Shown piece after piece: positions 18,251-27,325 of a DNA stretch of 50,082 nucleotides. The stretch comes from a virus (taxonomy: Duplodnaviria; Heunggongvirae; Uroviricota; Caudoviricetes): IMG/VR virus record IMGVR_UViG_2703718827_000002, positions 1 to 50,082 of that record; one strand, 5' to 3'. The notes under the pieces were generated by a model. The model was not told the DNA's origin. It saw only the letters and a program-made list of their open reading frames with translations, and ran no database searches. The translations under genes and the position numbers were made by a program. Every line of letters starts with the position of its first letter. The stretch's first letter is position 1.

Positions 18251-18637
18251 TCACTGGTAATACTCCACACGGACAAAGCGGCGCGCAAACCGCGCCAGCG
18301 GCAGAAAAGTTACGTTGGTGCGGGGATTGCACTCTGCGGCACGCAGCTGGCCGTCAATCTCGACCACGATGGCAACGTGTGTCACCACTGAACCGGAATA
18401 ACAGGCGATACCCGCGCCCGGGACCGGTTCACATCGAGCCAGGCCAGCCATCAACCCCCGCGCCTCGCGGTCAAGTCCGTTATCATCCTTCGTGACTCCG
18501 GCGAAATCCGGCCACGGCACCAGGCCAAGATCGCGCCTGATTTCGTTAACGATGCCAAAGCAGTCCAGCGCGGGGTAAGCGCGTCCGCCCTTCTGCCACT
18601 CGACAGAACGGTATTTATCAGGATTGAACATGGTCAT
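18251..18637 (-). CDS. NlpC/P60-family tail assembly protein (gpK-like)
   Basis: DCFGIV catalytic-Cys motif and THVAIVV His motif; position between minor tail genes and J. Confidence 0.6.
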   Translation of the reverse strand: MTMFNPDKYRSVEWQKGGRAYPALDCFGIVNEIRRDLGLVPWPDFAGVTKDDNGLDREARGLMAGLARCEPVPGAGIACYSGSVVTHVAIVVEIDGQLRAAECNPRTNVTFLPLARFARRFVRVEYYQ

Positions 18638-18640
18638 TTC

Positions 18641-19129
18641 CTACTGGAGGTAGCGGAGTCCCGGGAATACAGGCAGCGTGTAGCGATAGCGCGGCCACGC
18701 GGTTTTCAGGATATTCAGGAATCCGGCAGTAATTTGCACCTCGGTCGCCTTCCAGTACCCGTCCTTAATCTGCAGAACGATCGGTGGTGCCGCCGGGTAG
18801 CTAAGGTCGGTCGATATGTACTGCCGCATTACCAGCGTGCCGTTGTTCAGGTTAGCCAGGGCGTTGCGTATCGCAGTGGAAACAATGCCGTCAATGTTGC
18901 TGATGGCGAACTGCAGATCCTGCGTGCCGTCTTTGTTCCTGGCTGGCAGCGCGACGGCCATGGCAGCCGCCTGGAATGTCACTGTCGCCCCCGCCTCTGT
19001 AGCAGCGGTGATATCTTCGAAGTTCTCGACCAGCCAGTAATCCTGCCCACCGACGGTAATCTGCAGCGTATTCAGTAGCGCCTCGCTGCCGCCACTGGCG
19101 TAAAGCCTGTTCAGGGTTGGACTGGTCAT
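18641..19129 (-). CDS. Minor tail protein (gpL-position)
   Basis: Position in tail-tip module; no motif recognised. Confidence 0.5.
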   Translation of the reverse strand: MTSPTLNRLYASGGSEALLNTLQITVGGQDYWLVENFEDITAATEAGATVTFQAAAMAVALPARNKDGTQDLQFAISNIDGIVSTAIRNALANLNNGTLVMRQYISTDLSYPAAPPIVLQIKDGYWKATEVQITAGFLNILKTAWPRYRYTLPVFPGLRYLQ

Positions 19130-19596
19130 GCTTCAGGCCACTCCTTGTTGAGCGCGTAATCGATAATGCTCTGCCCCACGATGAACTCAGGGAAATTACC
19201 CCAGCCAGCTGGCAGGATTGGACGATCCCAAAGCTCCAGTGTTGCCGTGAATTTCCAGAACCCCAACCCGAACAGCACCGGCCCGTCGTAGATATCCTTG
19301 AACCGGCAGACGTAGTCACCAACGCCCATTGGCGTGCGCATGCGCATGTTGAACCATGCTGCGCCGTCCGTAATAACATCCCGATACCACACCTCAAACA
19401 GCTGCGCCTGGGCATCAGTGAACACCCATGAAACACCCGCCTCAGTTGGAACCGAGGTGTATTTGCGGCGCTGCCGCGTGCGGCCGGATGTCATAGTGGA
19501 ACGCTGGAGGGGGCTTACCGGAGTGAATCCATGTCCGGAACGCTGAGGCATTGGCAGGTACTGGTGCGGGAAATCAATGGTGCTGCTGATCCCCAT
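19126..19596 (-). CDS. Minor tail protein (gpM-position)
   Basis: Immediately downstream of the tape measure gene; stop overlaps the next start. Confidence 0.5.
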   Translation of the reverse strand: MGISSTIDFPHQYLPMPQRSGHGFTPVSPLQRSTMTSGRTRQRRKYTSVPTEAGVSWVFTDAQAQLFEVWYRDVITDGAAWFNMRMRTPMGVGDYVCRFKDIYDGPVLFGLGFWKFTATLELWDRPILPAGWGNFPEFIVGQSIIDYALNKEWPEA

Positions 19597-19605
19597 GAGA
19601 ACTCC

Positions 19606-22600
19606 TTATGTGAGGCGTTGACTGGTGTTGAAGTTGTTGGTCAGTGCGTTGGAGAGTTTTCCTTTGCCGCTGGCGACGTCACTGACAGCCATGGCATAGC
19701 CCTGCTGCGCCCCGCGCTTGACTGCGGCCTCGAGCATGGCCAACTGCTGCTCAGTCGGATCCCCGTTAACCTGAATGACCGGGCTGTAACTGAACGCCCC
19801 GCCACCACCGCCCATATCGCGGTTACTGATGACGCGACCGTTATCGCCGGGGATCATGTACTGCTTGCCGGTGCTGGCCTGGTAAATCTCTGGCTTACCT
19901 TTCTCGCCGACCTGATACAGGCCACCGGCTGATACCGGTCCGCCATTGTACCGCGCTCCCGCTATTGAAAGGGCCTGCGCCATGCCAACTGTTGAAGCTA
20001 TTCCCGCCTGTGCCGGCACTGCATTCGCGCCAGCAGTTGCAAGAGATGTCATTGCGGCTGCAGGGGCCATGGAAGCGGCGATTAGCTGCCCTTGCGCAAT
20101 AGCCATTCCAGAAGCGGCGGTCATGCCAGCCTGACCCATAATTACAGACTTCAACCACTCAACCCCCATCTGAACAAAGGAGTTGATGACGCTGTTAAGT
20201 ACCGTCGAGCCTAGCGACCGCATAGCTTCGCTGACAGACATGCTGCCAGTGATTATGCCAGTGAGGGCGTTGGAGGCGTTTCCAGCAAATGAATCAAACG
20301 CCGCGGCAGCTACTTCATATCCTGCATTTTGTTGTCGCCATATCTCCCACTGCGCCGCTATGCGCTGTTGCTCGTACTGAGTGTTAGCGGCATTCATCAG
20401 CTCAAGTCCGCGCTGAGTAATCTGCCCCTTCTGCGATTCAAACTGCTGGATTAGAGCCAACTCCTGCGCGTGCTGGTTAGCCAGCTGTTGGACAGGGTCA
20501 ATCTGCCCCCGAGCTTCCTGCATGGGGCTTACAGTTTGCTGAGCGCGTATCTTAGCCAGATTAACCTGGTGCTGAGCCTCCAGTTGCTCACTGGTCTGAT
20601 TGTACTGCTGCTGAGTGATTTTTTTGGCGGCCAGTGCAGTTTGCAGATCTTTAACATCCTGCTGGTAAGACGCATTCTCTCTGGCTTCAGGGAGCAGTTT
20701 TTCTGCCGCAGCCTGGGCTTTGAGGGCATTAGCCGTATCCCATATTTCTCCACGGTATTTACCGGCAAGAGCAATTTGCTCTTGGGTGGCTCCCTTACCT
20801 AGTGATTGCTGAGCCTGTAATACTGCCTGCTCCCGGCTTAACTCCTGCGTTGAGCCAGCAGCGAGCTCTGATTGCTGGCGCAGATTTTCAAGTTTTTGGT
20901 TTACCGATTCCTGCTGGTTAGCAAGTTTCTTAGCCTCAGATTCCGCTTCCTTGGTGGCCTTTTTGTTATTTTGCTGCGCTTGTTGAGCATCGAATTCAGC
21001 TGCTGCTCTGTCACGAGCAAGGTTAACATCCGCCTCTGATCCACCGAGTTTCCTAATGTCCTGCTCAGCCCTTAATTGCGCTCGCTTCCTGTCATTAAGC
21101 TCGCTCTGAAGTGTTACCTGATCCTGTAGCTTATCCAGATACTCCTGAACATCTTTCGGGCGTTCAATCATGAGGCTGCTGGAGTTGAATTTGTCTTTTG
21201 CCTTGGCCGCAAAATTAATCATATCTCCCAACTTGCTCATCATGCCGGCAGCAATTCCCGCTTCCTGCCCATCCCTGCGCAGCAAATCGATACCTTGCTT
21301 CATCGTTCCGTTTAGCGTAGCGCGGCCAATGTTAATGGCGTTTTGGGTCTGACTCAGTCTGTTCTGGGCCTTCTCCAGCTCAAGGGTAGCTATAGCTAGG
21401 TTATCCTGTGCGCCGCTAAGCGCCTCGGCAGCCTGCCGCCCTCTCGTTGTATTCGTACCCCAGTTTGCAATTTCTCGCTGCTGTCGCTGGACAGCCGATG
21501 TCGCGTCATTGAATTCCTTTTGTGCGTCTGATACCGCGTCACTTAATTCAGGCAGGCTTTGGCTTAGCTTTCCTATCGTTGCCGCCAGCTCTGTATGCGA
21601 CATCGTCTGGAATTTTGAGCTCAGATCGTTAACGCTATCTGCAAGGGCATTAGCGTCATTCCTGGCCTCTTTTGCGCGCTGTGAAAAGTAAAGGATTGCA
21701 CTAGCAGCAAGCATTGCCGCTCCGGCAGGCCCACCAATTAACCCGAGAGCCCTGCTAGCCAGGCTGGCACCAGATGAGAGAGCCATTTGAGCAGCCCTGT
21801 TTGCCGCCAGTGCTCGATTATAATTATCAACCGCACCGGCAGCCGCAACCCTGGCAACGGACAAGCGCTGTTCAGCTGCCGCAGCGTTGGTTTCGCTGAT
21901 AGCAGTAAGGCGCATCATTTCTGCGAGCCTTATCTCATCTAAGGCCCGTTGTTTTGCGACCGCTGCAGCCCTGAGGTCTGCCGCTGCTTTATTCGCGGAA
22001 GCCTGAGCTGCTAATGATTCTTCTGCTGAAAGCATGCGTGATGCGGCAGCTGCTTTGATTTTAGCCGCAGTAGCCATAGTTAAGGCGCCGACATACCGAC
22101 TCCCAAGAATAGCCGCGGCACCAGTCAGCAACGCGCTCAGTCCGCCAATATTCTCACTGATGGTGACCACTGCATCACTAAAAATTGCCGCGCCTGTTTT
22201 AACCGTAGAATTTTCACCGAAGAACTTAGTGATGTTATTGCCAGCAACCTGAAGAGCCTGGCTGATAGTCGTAGTGGTGTTGGCAAATTCAGCACCGATT
22301 AAACTCCCCTGGGAAAGCAGACCGTTAACCACAACATCTGTCGTTAGCTTGCCCTGTGCCGCCATGTTGCGCATCTGGCCGATGCTGACCCCCATAGAGT
22401 CAGCAAGGGCTACGATAAGGCGGTTACCCTGCTCGTTTACAGAGTTGAATTCCTCGCCGCGTAAAGCTCCAGAAGCAAGGCCCTGAGATAGCTGAATAAT
22501 CGCGTTCTCGGCCTCTTGCGCCGTGGCACCTGATACAACGAACCCTTGGTTTATAATTGTGGTTAACTTCGCCAGATCATCTGCGCTGGTCCCGTACTGC

Positions 22601-22980
22601 CTGGTTGCCCTTTCTAGTCTTGCGTAGAGGGATGCCGTTGCATCTAAACTACTGCGAGTTTGCTGAGTAATGTTGAAAACCCGCTCGGTTACATCGGCAA
22701 GTTGTTCTGATGGGCGAATAGAGTTTGATAATTTATTGTTAACAGTAGCCCACGCATCAGCGTATTCAGCCACCTGCTGAACTGACAATGCCGCGGTGAG
22801 CGCAACCGCTACACGTGACAGACTCGACATTGAACGCTCAGTAGTATCAATTGAGCGCGTTGTTTTATCAAAGCCGCGCTCCATCAGATCAAGGCGCTGA
22901 TTAACGCGCTGCTGAGCAGTAAGTAGCCCGCGCACATCCATTTCAATGTCGTAATAAATACCGCCAGCGTTCTCAGCCAT
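19606..22980 (-). CDS. Tail tape measure protein
   Basis: 1124 aa, Ala/Gln-rich coiled-coil-like composition, Gly-rich C-terminal region, position between chaperone and tail tip genes. Confidence 0.85.
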   Translation of the reverse strand: MAENAGGIYYDIEMDVRGLLTAQQRVNQRLDLMERGFDKTTRSIDTTERSMSSLSRVAVALTAALSVQQVAEYADAWATVNNKLSNSIRPSEQLADVTERVFNITQQTRSSLDATASLYARLERATRQYGTSADDLAKLTTIINQGFVVSGATAQEAENAIIQLSQGLASGALRGEEFNSVNEQGNRLIVALADSMGVSIGQMRNMAAQGKLTTDVVVNGLLSQGSLIGAEFANTTTTISQALQVAGNNITKFFGENSTVKTGAAIFSDAVVTISENIGGLSALLTGAAAILGSRYVGALTMATAAKIKAAAASRMLSAEESLAAQASANKAAADLRAAAVAKQRALDEIRLAEMMRLTAISETNAAAAEQRLSVARVAAAGAVDNYNRALAANRAAQMALSSGASLASRALGLIGGPAGAAMLAASAILYFSQRAKEARNDANALADSVNDLSSKFQTMSHTELAATIGKLSQSLPELSDAVSDAQKEFNDATSAVQRQQREIANWGTNTTRGRQAAEALSGAQDNLAIATLELEKAQNRLSQTQNAINIGRATLNGTMKQGIDLLRRDGQEAGIAAGMMSKLGDMINFAAKAKDKFNSSSLMIERPKDVQEYLDKLQDQVTLQSELNDRKRAQLRAEQDIRKLGGSEADVNLARDRAAAEFDAQQAQQNNKKATKEAESEAKKLANQQESVNQKLENLRQQSELAAGSTQELSREQAVLQAQQSLGKGATQEQIALAGKYRGEIWDTANALKAQAAAEKLLPEARENASYQQDVKDLQTALAAKKITQQQYNQTSEQLEAQHQVNLAKIRAQQTVSPMQEARGQIDPVQQLANQHAQELALIQQFESQKGQITQRGLELMNAANTQYEQQRIAAQWEIWRQQNAGYEVAAAAFDSFAGNASNALTGIITGSMSVSEAMRSLGSTVLNSVINSFVQMGVEWLKSVIMGQAGMTAASGMAIAQGQLIAASMAPAAAMTSLATAGANAVPAQAGIASTVGMAQALSIAGARYNGGPVSAGGLYQVGEKGKPEIYQASTGKQYMIPGDNGRVISNRDMGGGGGAFSYSPVIQVNGDPTEQQLAMLEAAVKRGAQQGYAMAVSDVASGKGKLSNALTNNFNTSQRLT

Positions 22981-22995
22981 TTGCTATCTCCGGGC

Positions 22996-23020
22996 AATAA
23001 AAAACCCCGCCGGAGCGAGG
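22996..23020 (-). terminator. Terminator-like hairpin plus T-run immediately upstream of the tape measure start
   Basis: On - strand: CCTCGC-TCCG-GCGGGG (one G-U pair) followed by TTTTTT; same family as the 15128 and 32005 elements. Confidence 0.5.
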
Positions 23021-23039
23021 TCTATAACATGGAACTTGG

Positions 23040-23420
23040 TTAGTTTAGGAGGCCTGATTTAACTTCTGTATTTGAATTATTAAATAAGTAATTATCTACA
23101 ATATCGCCCTTAAACACGATTATAAGCTGCTTCATGTTGGTAGTAGCGCCGTTATCAAATAGTCCATAGATGGGAATAAATGCTTTCCCGCTGACCTGTG
23201 TGTTTGTGAAAACATAGTGCCACTGTTCTTTCCCATCACTGGAGATTGATACCCCAGTTGGATCTCCATATGCAGCCTTAACCTCTTGCTTCGTCGTCTT
23301 TCCTTTGATTATTTTACTCTGAATGCCAATCTGCGTTTCTTGCTCAATCGACTTATTGCCGCCAGAAGCACAACCGGCAAGTACAACCGCTATTGCTGCA
23401 ACCAATAGAACCTTTTTCAT
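23040..23420 (-). CDS. Lipoprotein with BamE (SmpA/OmlA)-like fold signature
   Basis: MKKVLLVAAIAVVLAGC lipobox; KQEVKAAYGDP...EQWHYVF resembles the BamE motif; ATG 23420 with GGGGA RBS (track start 23480). Confidence 0.6.
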   Translation of the reverse strand: MKKVLLVAAIAVVLAGCASGGNKSIEQETQIGIQSKIIKGKTTKQEVKAAYGDPTGVSISSDGKEQWHYVFTNTQVSGKAFIPIYGLFDNGATTNMKQLIIVFKGDIVDNYLFNNSNTEVKSGLLN

Positions 23421-23560
23421 ATCCCTATCCCCATCAGTAAATGATGCGGCAATCGTAGCAGAGGGGAAGCGATACGACAAAGCAACCTGTTCGCTTATCA
23501 GGATGTTCAGCGGTACGATAGCAAGGTAGCCTTGAAGCAGGCATCAACCAAGGAATCATC

Positions 23561-24034
23561 ATGGATAAGTTTGACCGTAAACTTCAGCGAGAAATACTAC
23601 AGGCTTGCGTAGATAGCTATCCAGCCGCACCTCTTCTCGAACAATTTAACCTTACGGAAGTAGCAGAATGTGCAGAAAGCAACATTCAGAAGCTATTAGC
23701 TAACATAAATTACCTGTGCGAACACGGACTAATTAAAAATAACAGCTCCATTATTCTTAAGGACCGCTCCATCCTCACCCGGATCACCGCAACAGCAAAA
23801 GGCATCGACTTCATGCTCAATGATGGTGGTCTATCAGCGATCCTGAACGTCCAGACTATAAAGCTTCATCGTGACTCAGTGGTCGTACTCGAAGACCTGA
23901 TCGCCATTTCAAACATGAACGACGAGCAGAAGGAAAAAGCCAAGTCGACTCTCGGCGAAATGTCGACGGAAGCCATTAAAACCGTGGTGCAAGCCGTGAC
24001 GACTGCAGGGTTATCAAAGCTGCTCGGGCAATGA
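23561..24034 (+). CDS. Hypothetical protein (157 aa), opposite strand to the late operon
   Basis: AAGGAA RBS; divergent from the lipoprotein gene, convergent with the Panacea operon; no family recognised. Confidence 0.5.
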   Translation: MDKFDRKLQREILQACVDSYPAAPLLEQFNLTEVAECAESNIQKLLANINYLCEHGLIKNNSSIILKDRSILTRITATAKGIDFMLNDGGLSAILNVQTIKLHRDSVVVLEDLIAISNMNDEQKEKAKSTLGEMSTEAIKTVVQAVTTAGLSKLLGQ

Positions 24035-24050
24035 AGCAACCCTTCAAAGC

Positions 24051-24078
24051 AAAAAAACCACCAACGGTGGGTTTTTGC
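24051..24078. terminator. Bidirectional rho-independent terminator
   Basis: AAAAAAACCACC-AACG-GTGGGTTTTT between convergent genes. Confidence 0.7.
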
Positions 24079-24531
24079 TTAGGTTCCTGTCAATCCATCA
24101 TCTGGCTCAGGCTGATCAATTAACTGAGCATTGGTGCAGTATCTTTCTTTGAACCTTATCATCTTCGGTTTTGCTTGTTCCGAAATGTCAAAACCAGACA
24201 GAATTCTGTCAAAAACAGCTTCAGCCATATCGTCATGAGTCGTAACTTCGCCAGCTGCGTGTTTTCTTTCTAAATTATCAATGCGCCAAATTACAGCTTC
24301 AGCATAAACGATATAGCTTGGATGTTGGATAAACCTGTGATCACCAGGTTGGAGAACACATGCGTCATCATGCGGCACGCCAGGCTTAATGCTTGACACA
24401 TTAACAACCAATATACAGTAACAGTCGTTAACTGGATAATAAACAGGATCGTTGCATATCACATGAAGATGATTGCATGGCCCACTTGGAGCCAAAACCG
24501 TTCCTTTTCGATAAGGTTGAAATGTGCTCAT
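24079..24531 (-). CDS. Hypothetical protein (150 aa), candidate effector/toxin partner of the Panacea gene
   Basis: ATG overlaps the Panacea stop (ATGA coupling); no family recognised; several Cys/His residues. Confidence 0.5.
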   Translation of the reverse strand: MSTFQPYRKGTVLAPSGPCNHLHVICNDPVYYPVNDCYCILVVNVSSIKPGVPHDDACVLQPGDHRFIQHPSYIVYAEAVIWRIDNLERKHAAGEVTTHDDMAEAVFDRILSGFDISEQAKPKMIRFKERYCTNAQLIDQPEPDDGLTGT

Positions 24532-25100
24532 GACAATTGAGAAGAAAACTCCTTAAGTTCTTGTGACTCACGCATACTCCTAAGTATATTCTCTACTTCT
24601 TCAGGAGTTTTCCCAGCATCGATAAATATTTCACGTACATCTATAAGAGTTCGTGAGCCATGCGGGTCATGCCACTCAGGGCAAACGTTTCTAAGATGAG
24701 TCATATCGCGCAATTCATATCTGTTCATATGCCCATATTGTGCATATATTTCATCCAAAATGCGGATATCTGCCCTGCTCAATTCATCGAAGACTTCATC
24801 AGCGTCCATCTCACGAGGGTCGGTTCGTAAGCAGACGTCATGATGATCGGTTTTTATCAAACGATACCAGTAGTCACCATCAATGTCAGCGCGACCACGA
24901 ATCAGATCCAGTGTAGTTGACATAACCGGACCGTGGGGCATTGAGTAAAGCTTGTCTTCACCCATCATGCGACCATGGCGAATCATTGACTGCCGGTTTG
25001 CCAAGTATAGCAGCTTCATAAGCTTCAGATATGCCATGCGCCCGCCGCGTTTAAGTAGCAGGTAAGCAGCCATCTGAGCCACTTTTTCTTCGCTAAACAT
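24528..25100 (-). CDS. Panacea-domain (DUF4065) protein, PanA/SocA-like antitoxin candidate
   Basis: N-terminal VAQMAAYLLLKRGGRMAYLKLMKLLYLANR...MPHGPV matches the DUF4065 signature; ATG 25100 with GAGG RBS (track start 25112 is TTG); AT-rich upstream region. Confidence 0.6.
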   Translation of the reverse strand: MFSEEKVAQMAAYLLLKRGGRMAYLKLMKLLYLANRQSMIRHGRMMGEDKLYSMPHGPVMSTTLDLIRGRADIDGDYWYRLIKTDHHDVCLRTDPREMDADEVFDELSRADIRILDEIYAQYGHMNRYELRDMTHLRNVCPEWHDPHGSRTLIDVREIFIDAGKTPEEVENILRSMRESQELKEFSSQLS

Positions 25101-25169
25101 ATTGAACCTCAATCACTTACAAAATACAGAACGGAAAATTGATGTATACATATCGTTTTATTGATTCTG

Positions 25170-25198
25170 AGTTTATTACCTCAAGGTCAATCCTTCAA
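25170..25198 (-). promoter_or_regulatory. Candidate sigma70 promoter for the Panacea operon
   Basis: On - strand: TTGAAG, 17-bp spacer, TAAACT, about 70 nt upstream of the ATG, within an AT-rich intergenic region. Confidence 0.3.
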
Positions 25199-25410
25199 CC
25201 TTTGGTTGAATCTAGCGCGTTCAAAATAGCCTTAAATGTCACTCAAAAAAGCACAAAATAGACGTGTACCAGGACACACCTCAAATCATCGCCTCTTGTA
25301 GCGCTTCTGGCTTCGTTTTAGAGGGGGTTAAATCGATCTCACATTTTGTGCGGTATGTGCCATCGATCACGCACAGTATCATTCTGACAATAAAATCACC
25401 CTTGAGTACT

Positions 25411-26109
25411 CTATCTCTCCTGCTCCATCATCGCCTGTCTGCGCTTACGGCGCGTAAAGTAGTCATCAGCTGCGTGATCGTACTCTTCGCGGGTGTACCC
25501 TTTCTGCTCAGGGTACTTAGCGATGAGCATTAGCTGAAACTCGGTCATCGTCAGTTGTCCGGCCTCTTCCTTGCTGATACCGAAGTGGTTCCGCGCTGCG
25601 ATGATGTAATCTGATGCCCGGAATTCAGATGTTGTATCACTGGATTCGTGCCGCTGGAGCTTTCTAATTTTCGCTTTACCGATGATGCCGTGCATCATCA
25701 GACTTTTGGCGACGATCACCATGCTTTCTGGCGGCATGGTGCCCGGGCGCCAGACGAAGCTACGCTTGCGTGATTTCCCGGGCTTCATCCAGCCAACCAG
25801 ATCGCCGATATCATCGTTACAGCACGCCGTAAGCACCGTATGCGCTGCCATGATGGCCTTGCGTGACAGGAGCCCGCTTTGCATAAACCTCAGGACACAA
25901 TCTGGAAAGCGGCTGTACTCATCGCGTATATAGGCCTCAGCTGCACGCTGTGCGAATGGTGTCGTCTCGTCATTGCACAGGTCATAGAACGCCTGAACGA
26001 TTTCAGCCGGATCGCCAATTCGCGACATGGCAAGCAGTGACGGGCGGAAGAAATAATCCCTGTCTCCGGCAGTAATGACGCATTCGCCAAACTCTTTAAC
26101 TGGTGTCAT
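25411..26109 (-). CDS. Putative tail assembly chaperone (G/GT position)
   Basis: Position between major tail and tape measure; N-terminal GDRDYFFRP resembles chaperone motif; single 232-aa ORF with no visible frameshift partner. Confidence 0.45.
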   Translation of the reverse strand: MTPVKEFGECVITAGDRDYFFRPSLLAMSRIGDPAEIVQAFYDLCNDETTPFAQRAAEAYIRDEYSRFPDCVLRFMQSGLLSRKAIMAAHTVLTACCNDDIGDLVGWMKPGKSRKRSFVWRPGTMPPESMVIVAKSLMMHGIIGKAKIRKLQRHESSDTTSEFRASDYIIAARNHFGISKEEAGQLTMTEFQLMLIAKYPEQKGYTREEYDHAADDYFTRRKRRQAMMEQER

Positions 26110-26159
26110 CTTTCCCCCATAAACAAAATCAAGGGCAGAAATCCTGCCCTTTGTTTTGC

Positions 26160-26912
26160 TTATGCTGTAACCGTTACCGTGTGAGTTGCGGTAAATGCGC
26201 CGTCGTCAGTAGTTACAGTGATCACCGCGGTGCCTGCAGTAGCGCCAGAAGGGGCGGATACTGTTACCGTATTACCTGAGAAGGCCACCGTAGCGCGCGC
26301 AGGCACGGAAGACGAAACAGTAAATACCTTGTCGTCCGCATCTGCTGGCGCAATGTTCACAGTGAAGGTTGTGCTTGAACCTGCCGCAATCGTGCTGGTT
26401 GTTGGCGTTACGGTCACGCCTGTAACGGGAATGCCATCATCAGCTTCAGTAATCTGGAAGGTGTTACCGTCAGCCAGTTTGAACTCAAAGCTGTATGTCA
26501 CGATCTCCTTCACACCACCGCCATCACTGGCGCCGGTCGGGACCATGTAGCCAATGTGGTAAAAGTCACCCCAATGGAAGCGCATCCAGACAGCAGGTTG
26601 ACGGCGGGCGCGAACTTCATCAGCGATATATTTCACGAATTGCTGAATGCCGAATTCATCAGTTCGGTCTTTAACTCGCACCTCTCCCTCAATGGAATAG
26701 GTGGGATCAAGACTGGCAATCAGGTTAGAACTGAATCCGCCGTTATCCGCATCTGATGTCAGCGCTTCGGGGCTCATATCCCAGGTTGCCGAAGTCGGCA
26801 GCCCCATAAGCTTCCAGTCCCCTTCTGCCGGAACCTGGTCAGCACATCCATACGCTAGCTCAAGCGTCTTAGCGCGACCGATAAGTTGTTCGTTATTGGA
26901 GCAGCCTTGCAT
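26160..26912 (-). CDS. Major tail protein with C-terminal Ig-like (Big_2-type) domain
   Basis: C-terminal Thr/Val/Ala-rich beta-sandwich-like segment typical of Ig-like decoration on major tail proteins; position. Confidence 0.7.
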   Translation of the reverse strand: MQGCSNNEQLIGRAKTLELAYGCADQVPAEGDWKLMGLPTSATWDMSPEALTSDADNGGFSSNLIASLDPTYSIEGEVRVKDRTDEFGIQQFVKYIADEVRARRQPAVWMRFHWGDFYHIGYMVPTGASDGGGVKEIVTYSFEFKLADGNTFQITEADDGIPVTGVTVTPTTSTIAAGSSTTFTVNIAPADADDKVFTVSSSVPARATVAFSGNTVTVSAPSGATAGTAVITVTTDDGAFTATHTVTVTA

Positions 26913-27325
26913 TGTTGCTTACCTCGCTTCAGATAATAAAAAAGGCCGCTCCAGGCGAACTGCAAACGCCACACCATGCGCCCTTCTGCAGTCATTACCG
27001 GTGATGGGGTTCCGCCAAGGTTGGAGATCTGCCCGATGCAGGTATTCGTCATAGGATTCTGCTTGACGTAGTCGATGATGGCCTGCACATCGGTCTCTGA
27101 TTTCGCGTAGTCGCCAGCAGACTTACCAGTTATGACATCCACCAGGACGTAATAATCAGCGGCCATATCACGATCTACTGCTGTACCGCCGTTGGGCCGG
27201 AATACTATGAATCTCTCCGCCAATTTCCCGGTATCGGTCCATGTCAGCGACTGAACGGTATATCCGGCAGTTAAACCGGCATCAACGAAGATGTTACGAA
27301 CACGCTTATGCATCGGAGGGTTCAC
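26855..27325 (-). CDS. Putative tail completion / terminator protein
   Basis: Position immediately upstream of the major tail gene; GTG start with AGGAG RBS overlapping the upstream stop. Confidence 0.45.
   Translation of the reverse strand: MNPPMHKRVRNIFVDAGLTAGYTVQSLTWTDTGKLAERFIVFRPNGGTAVDRDMAADYYVLVDVITGKSAGDYAKSETDVQAIIDYVKQNPMTNTCIGQISNLGGTPSPVMTAEGRMVWRLQFAWSGLFYYLKRGKQQCKAAPITNNLSVALRRLS

Noticed and set aside
19895-22486. Many short ORFs on both strands inside the tape measure gene
   Set aside because: The tape measure ORF is continuous and Ala/Gln-rich, which generates open frames on other strands.
26855-26912. 58-bp overlap between the 156-aa tail gene and the major tail gene as evidence of a frameshift
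   Set aside because: More simply explained by an alternative downstream start for the major tail protein; no slippery sequence seen.
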